NCBI GenBank assembly: GCA_963771175.1
Contig: CAVYSY010000026.1
Location: 576,001 to 640,000, forward strand
Source of the DNA: an uncultured delta proteobacterium
GTDB lineage: Bacteria; Myxococcota; Myxococcia; Myxococcales; Myxococcaceae
DNA: 64,000 nucleotides
Direction of reading: 5' to 3'
The notes under the pieces were generated by a model. It was given only the letters and a program-made list of their open reading frames with translations, did not search any database and had not been told where the DNA came from. The position numbers and the translations under genes are program-made. Shown piece by piece: positions 59,829 to 64,000 of the stretch (within the stretch, counting starts at the first letter, position 1; the number at the start of each line of letters is the position of its first letter).

Positions 59829-61274
59829 CTACCCGTCGGAGCTCTTGTCCGACTTGGAAGGGCCTGCTTCCGAGGACTTGGCCATGCGCGCCTTCTTCCT
59901 CTCCACCCAGCCCTCCTTGTTGACCTGTGGCGTACGCGACACGGCGAGGCTCCCGGGAGGCACATCTTTCGTCACCGTGGTGCCCGCGCCGACATACGCG
60001 CCGTCCCCGACCTTCACCGGGGCCACCAGCTGGCGTGTCGGAGCCGATGAAGACGCCGTCACCCAGCTCGGTGAGGTGCTTGTGCACCCCGTCGTAGTTG
60101 CAGGTGATGGTGCCGGCGCCGACGTTCACCCCGGAGCCGATCTTCGCGTCGCCCGAGGTAGGCGAGGTGGTTGGCCTTGGAGCCGCGGCCGATGCCGGGC
60201 CTTCTTCGTCTCCACGAAGTTGCCCAGGTGCACGTCCTCGGCCAGCTCCGTACCCGGGCGCAACCGGGCGAAGGGGCCGATGATGCAGCGCTCGCCCACC
60301 CGGGCCTCCTCCAGCACGGAGTAGGGCTTGATGTGTCGTCCCGTCGGCCACCGAGGAGGCGTGCAGGACGCTGCCCTGTCCGATGGTGACGTTGCGGCCG
60401 ACCACCGTGCGCCCCCGACAGCGTCACCATGGGGGCGATCTCCGTGTCCGCGCCGATGGCCACGCCCTCCTCGATGTAGGTGGTGGCCGGGTCCTGCAGG
60501 GTGACGCCCGTCGCGCATGTGCCAGGTGTTGATGCGCTCCTGGAGCACGCGGGCGCGCGCGGCCAGCTCCACCCGGTCGTTCACGCCGGCCGTCTCGCCG
60601 AAGTCGGCCTCCACGGCGGCCACCGGGCCCTCGGCCGCGGCCATCTCCACCAGGTCCGTGAGGTAGTACTCGCCCTGCGCGTTTGGGCTGCGGATGTTGG
60701 CCAGCGCCTTCCAGAGGAAGGAGGACTCCACCAGGTAGATGCCGGCGTTGCACTCGCGCACCTGGCGCTGCTCGGGGGTGCGTCCTTGTGCTCGACGATG
60801 CGCACCACCTTGCCGCCCTCGCGGAGGACGCGGCCGTAGCCGGTGGGGTCCTCCGGCACGGTGGAGACCAGGGAGAGCACGCCGCCGCCCTGCGTCGTGC
60901 GCGGCGGCCAGCGCCTCGCAGCGTCTCGCGGCGCAGCAGCGGCACGTCACCGTAGAGGATGAGGACGCGCCCGTTGAAGTCCTTCAGCGCGCTCCTCCGC
61001 CGCGCGCACCGCGTCCGCCGTGCCGCGCTGCTCCTTCTGGAGCGCGAAGCGCAGGGGCGCGGTGGGGAAGAGCGCGCGGATGGCGCGCTCCACCTCCTCG
61101 GCCTGGTGGCCCACCACCGGCACCACCGGAGAGGCGCCCAGGTCGCAGCGCGCGCATCAGGGGATAGGCACAGAGGGGCTTGCCAAGGATGGGGTGAAGG
61201 ACCTTGGCCTTCTCCGACTTCATCCGCGTGCCCTTGCCCGCGCACAACACCACGGCCGCGAGAGGAGCTGTCAT
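59829..61274 (-). CDS. glmU: Bifunctional UDP-GlcNAc pyrophosphorylase/acetyltransferase; several frameshifts
   Basis: [30 protein letters not shown] and GTITCNYDG. Confidence 0.95.
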
Positions 61275-61641
61275 GCGGCGATTACTAGGGACGCGGCGGC
61301 GGCTCGTCAACCGCGAGCAGGCGAGCGGGGGGCCGGGGGCCCTCGGAGCGGGCGCGAACGGACACGGACAGCGTATTGCTCTGCACGGTGATGCCGAACG
61401 TCGGCTTGAGGAAGACCGTCGTCACCGGGACATCCGGAGGGGTCGGCGGCGGCTTCATTGTCGTCAGGTTGGCGTTCATGTTCCCCCCGGCGCTACGCAG
61501 CGTCTTGCACAGGATGCCCACCCCTGGGGCCCAGTCAAACAACTGACTGAGCATGCTGGCGTCCGCCGGACACTTCTTCGCGATGAAACGGCTTGTGGCG
61601 CGTCCGGGCGGCGGCGGGATACTCCAGAACCCCGAGCCAGG

Positions 61642-61687
61642 GAAGCAGCAGTTGCGGACCCGATGAAGCAACAGTTGCGGGCCCGAT
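61642..61687. repeat. Tandem 23-bp direct repeat (21 of 23 identical) upstream of ggt
   Basis: GAAGCAGCAGTTGCGGACCCGAT followed by GAAGCAACAGTTGCGGGCCCGAT. Confidence 0.8.
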
Positions 61688-61716
61688 TACGGAGCGCGCA
61701 CGTGGAGACGGTAAAG

Positions 61717-63503
61717 ATGCGAACTCACCGGAAGTGGTGGGGCGTGGCACTGGTGATGCTGCTGGCGGCGTGGCCCGCGTGGGCGGCGCGGCCCTACCGC
61801 GGCGGCGCGGTGGCCACGGCCCACCCGATGGCGAGCGAGGCGGCGCTGCAGATGCTGCAGAAGGGCGGCAACGCGACGGACGCGGCGGTGGCGGCGGCCT
61901 TCACGCTGGCGGTGGTGGGGCCCTACCACTCGGGGCTGGGCGGCGGCGGCTTCGCGCTGGTGCACGACGCGAAGGAGGGCCAGACGCAGGTGCTGGACTT
62001 CCGCGAGGTGGCGCCCAAGGGGGCCACGCCGCGACATGTACGTGAAGGACGGGCCAGGTGGTGCCGGGGCTGTCCACGGACGGCGCGCTGAGCGTGGCGG
62101 TGCCCGGCGCGGTGGCCGGCTACCTGGAGCTGCTCGAGCGCACGGCAAGCTGCCGCGCCGCGGTGGTGCTCGCGCCCGCCATCGAGGCCGCGCGCAAGGG
62201 CTTCTGGGTGACGCCCAAGTACCAGCGATGGCCGACCCGGCGGCTCGAGTGCCTGCGGCAGGACGCCGAGGCCGCGCGCCTCTTCCTCGCGAAGAAGCGG
62301 ACCAGGGCGAGCTGGACGTGCCGCCCGTGGGCCACCTGCGTGCGCCAGCCGGAGCTGGCGCGGCACGCTCGAGGCGCTCGCGAAGCGCGGGCGCCCAAGG
62401 CCTTCTACGCGGGCCCGCTCGCCAGGCGATGGTGGACACGGTGAAGGCGGGCGGCGGCCTGCTCACGCTGGAGGACCTGAAGGCCTACAAGACGCGCGCG
62501 CACGCCCCGCTGGAGGGGCAGCTACCGCGGCCACCGCATCCTCACCATGCCGCCGCCGAGCGCGGGCGGGCTCGCGGTGGTGCAGGTGCTGGGGACGCTG
62601 GAGCGGCTGCAGCCGGGGCTGGACTTCCGCGACCCGCGAGCAGCTGCACCTCTACGTCGAGGCGGTGCGGCGCGTGTACGTGGACCGGGTGAAGTACCTG
62701 GGCGACCCGGCCTTCGTGGAGATTCCGCTCGAGCGCCTCACGCTCGCGCCGGCTACATCGCGGACCTGGCGCGCACCATCGACCCGAAGAAGGCCACCCC
62801 GAGCGCCAGCGCTGCTGCCCGCGCTGGAGGGCTCGCACCGGCTCCACGCTGAAGAACCCCACGCCACCTGGACGACCCAGTCCGGCCCACAGCCGGAGCA
62901 GAAGAACACCACGCACATCTCCGTCATCGACACGGAGGGCAACGCGGTGGCCCTGACCACCACGGTGAACTACGCCTTCGGCTCGTGCCTGGTGGCCAAG
63001 GGCACCGGCGTGCTGCTCAACGACGAGATGGACGACTTCGCCGCGCGATGCCCGGCGTGCCCAACGCCTACGGGCTGGTGACGGGCGAGGCCAACGCCAT
63101 CGCCCCGGGCAAGGTGCCGCTGTCCTCCATGTCCCCCACGCTGGTGTTCTCCAAGGAGGACCCCAAGCGGGTGATGCTGGCGGTGGGCAGCCCCGGCGGC
63201 TCCACCATCCCCACCACCGTCATCCAGGTCATCTCCAACGTGCGTGGACTCGGGCATGGACGTGACGCGCGCGGTGGGCGCAGGGCCGGCTGCACCACCA
63301 GTACCTGCCGGACGAGCTGTGGGTGGACCGCTGGGGCCTGGAGCCCGCCACGCAGGCGGCGCTGGAGGCGCAAGGGCCACAAGGTGTGCGCAAGCAGGAG
63401 GCCTGGGGCGACGCGGAGGCCGTGCTCAGCGACCCGAAGACGAACCTGCGCTACTCGGCGAGCGACCCGCGCAACGAGGGCGCGGGCCTGGGGCCAGGAC
63501 TGA
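61717..63503 (+). CDS. ggt: Gamma-glutamyltransferase; many frameshifts
   Basis: Signal peptide, [41 protein letters not shown] and GSPGGS. Confidence 0.93.
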
Positions 63504-63518
63504 GCAGCGAAGAGCCCC

Positions 63519-64000
63519 GTGCTGCCCGAGCCGCTCCGCCATCTCTTCGACGCGCACCTGCACCCCGAGGCCCTGAGCGACCAGGACCTCGAGTCCATGC
63601 GCTTCTTCGGCGTGGAGCGCGCGCTGGTGGTGGCCCACCACTTCCCCGAGCCCACGCGCCAAGGCGCTGCGCCAGCACTTCGACGACCTGGTGGGCCGGC
63701 AGCTCCCGCGCCTGGAGCGGCTCGGCATCCGCGCCTGGGCGGCGCTGGGCGTGCACCCGCGCTGCATCCCCCGCCGCGGCCTGTCCGAGGTGCTCGCCAG
63801 CCTCCCGGACTACTTCCAGGGCGGGCGCGTGGTGGCGCTGGGCGAGACGGGTCTGCACGACGGGCGGCGATCGAGGAGGAGGAGGCCTTCCTCGAGCAGC
63901 TCGCGCTCGCGCGTCAGCTCAAGCTGAAGGTGCTGGTGCACACCCCGGCGCAGGACAAGGAGCGCCACACCCGGCGCATCCTCACCCTGCTCCGCGAGTC
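63519..64000 (+). CDS. TatD-family hydrolase (partial, frameshifted)
   Basis: FDAHLH, GVHP, ALGETGL and LVHTP. Confidence 0.85.
   Translation, partial: MLPEPLRHLFDAHLHPEALSDQDLESMRFFGVERALVVAHHFPEPTRQGAAPALRRPGGPAAPAPGAARHPRLGGAGRAPALHPPPRPVRGARQPPGLLPGRARGGAGRDGSARRAAIEEEEAFLEQLALARQLKLKVLVHTPAQDKERHTRRILTLLRE

Overview
This is a high-GC myxobacterial chromosome segment, probably Cystobacterineae (Archangium/Cystobacter-like). That assignment is inferred from the oar-mlpA-like pair, the Myxococcus-type LexA box before recA and the Ser/Thr kinases. The window carries housekeeping genes (rsmB, fmt, tex, recA, B12-riboswitch-controlled nrdAB, glmS, glmU, ggt, a TatD-family gene), a two-component pair and an ECF sigma operon. 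It also has an Oar-like TonB-dependent receptor with an MlpA-like lipoprotein, and a murein-peptide catabolism locus that is split by a glycosyltransferase cluster and a decayed kinase. Many genes, including essential ones, show single-base frameshifts, most likely sequencing or assembly indels, so several gene models are reconstructed across frames. The most notable items are: (1) a more AT-rich island of about 4 kb at the 3' end of recA, bracketed by related hairpins, encoding a UDG-superfamily-like glycosylase fragment, a cryptic Nmad2-like protein, an HNH nuclease and an Rpn with an internal RpnS-like start, which together form a candidate anti-modified-DNA defence locus; (2) an ECF operon in which a small secreted acidic protein resembles the anti-sigma C-terminal tail and lies next to a basic DUF3106-like protein; (3) three apparent pseudoenzymes (an AroQ-like fusion, a cysteine-free thioredoxin-fold protein and a pseudokinase); (4) a perfect 32-bp palindrome whose 22-bp unit is duplicated.
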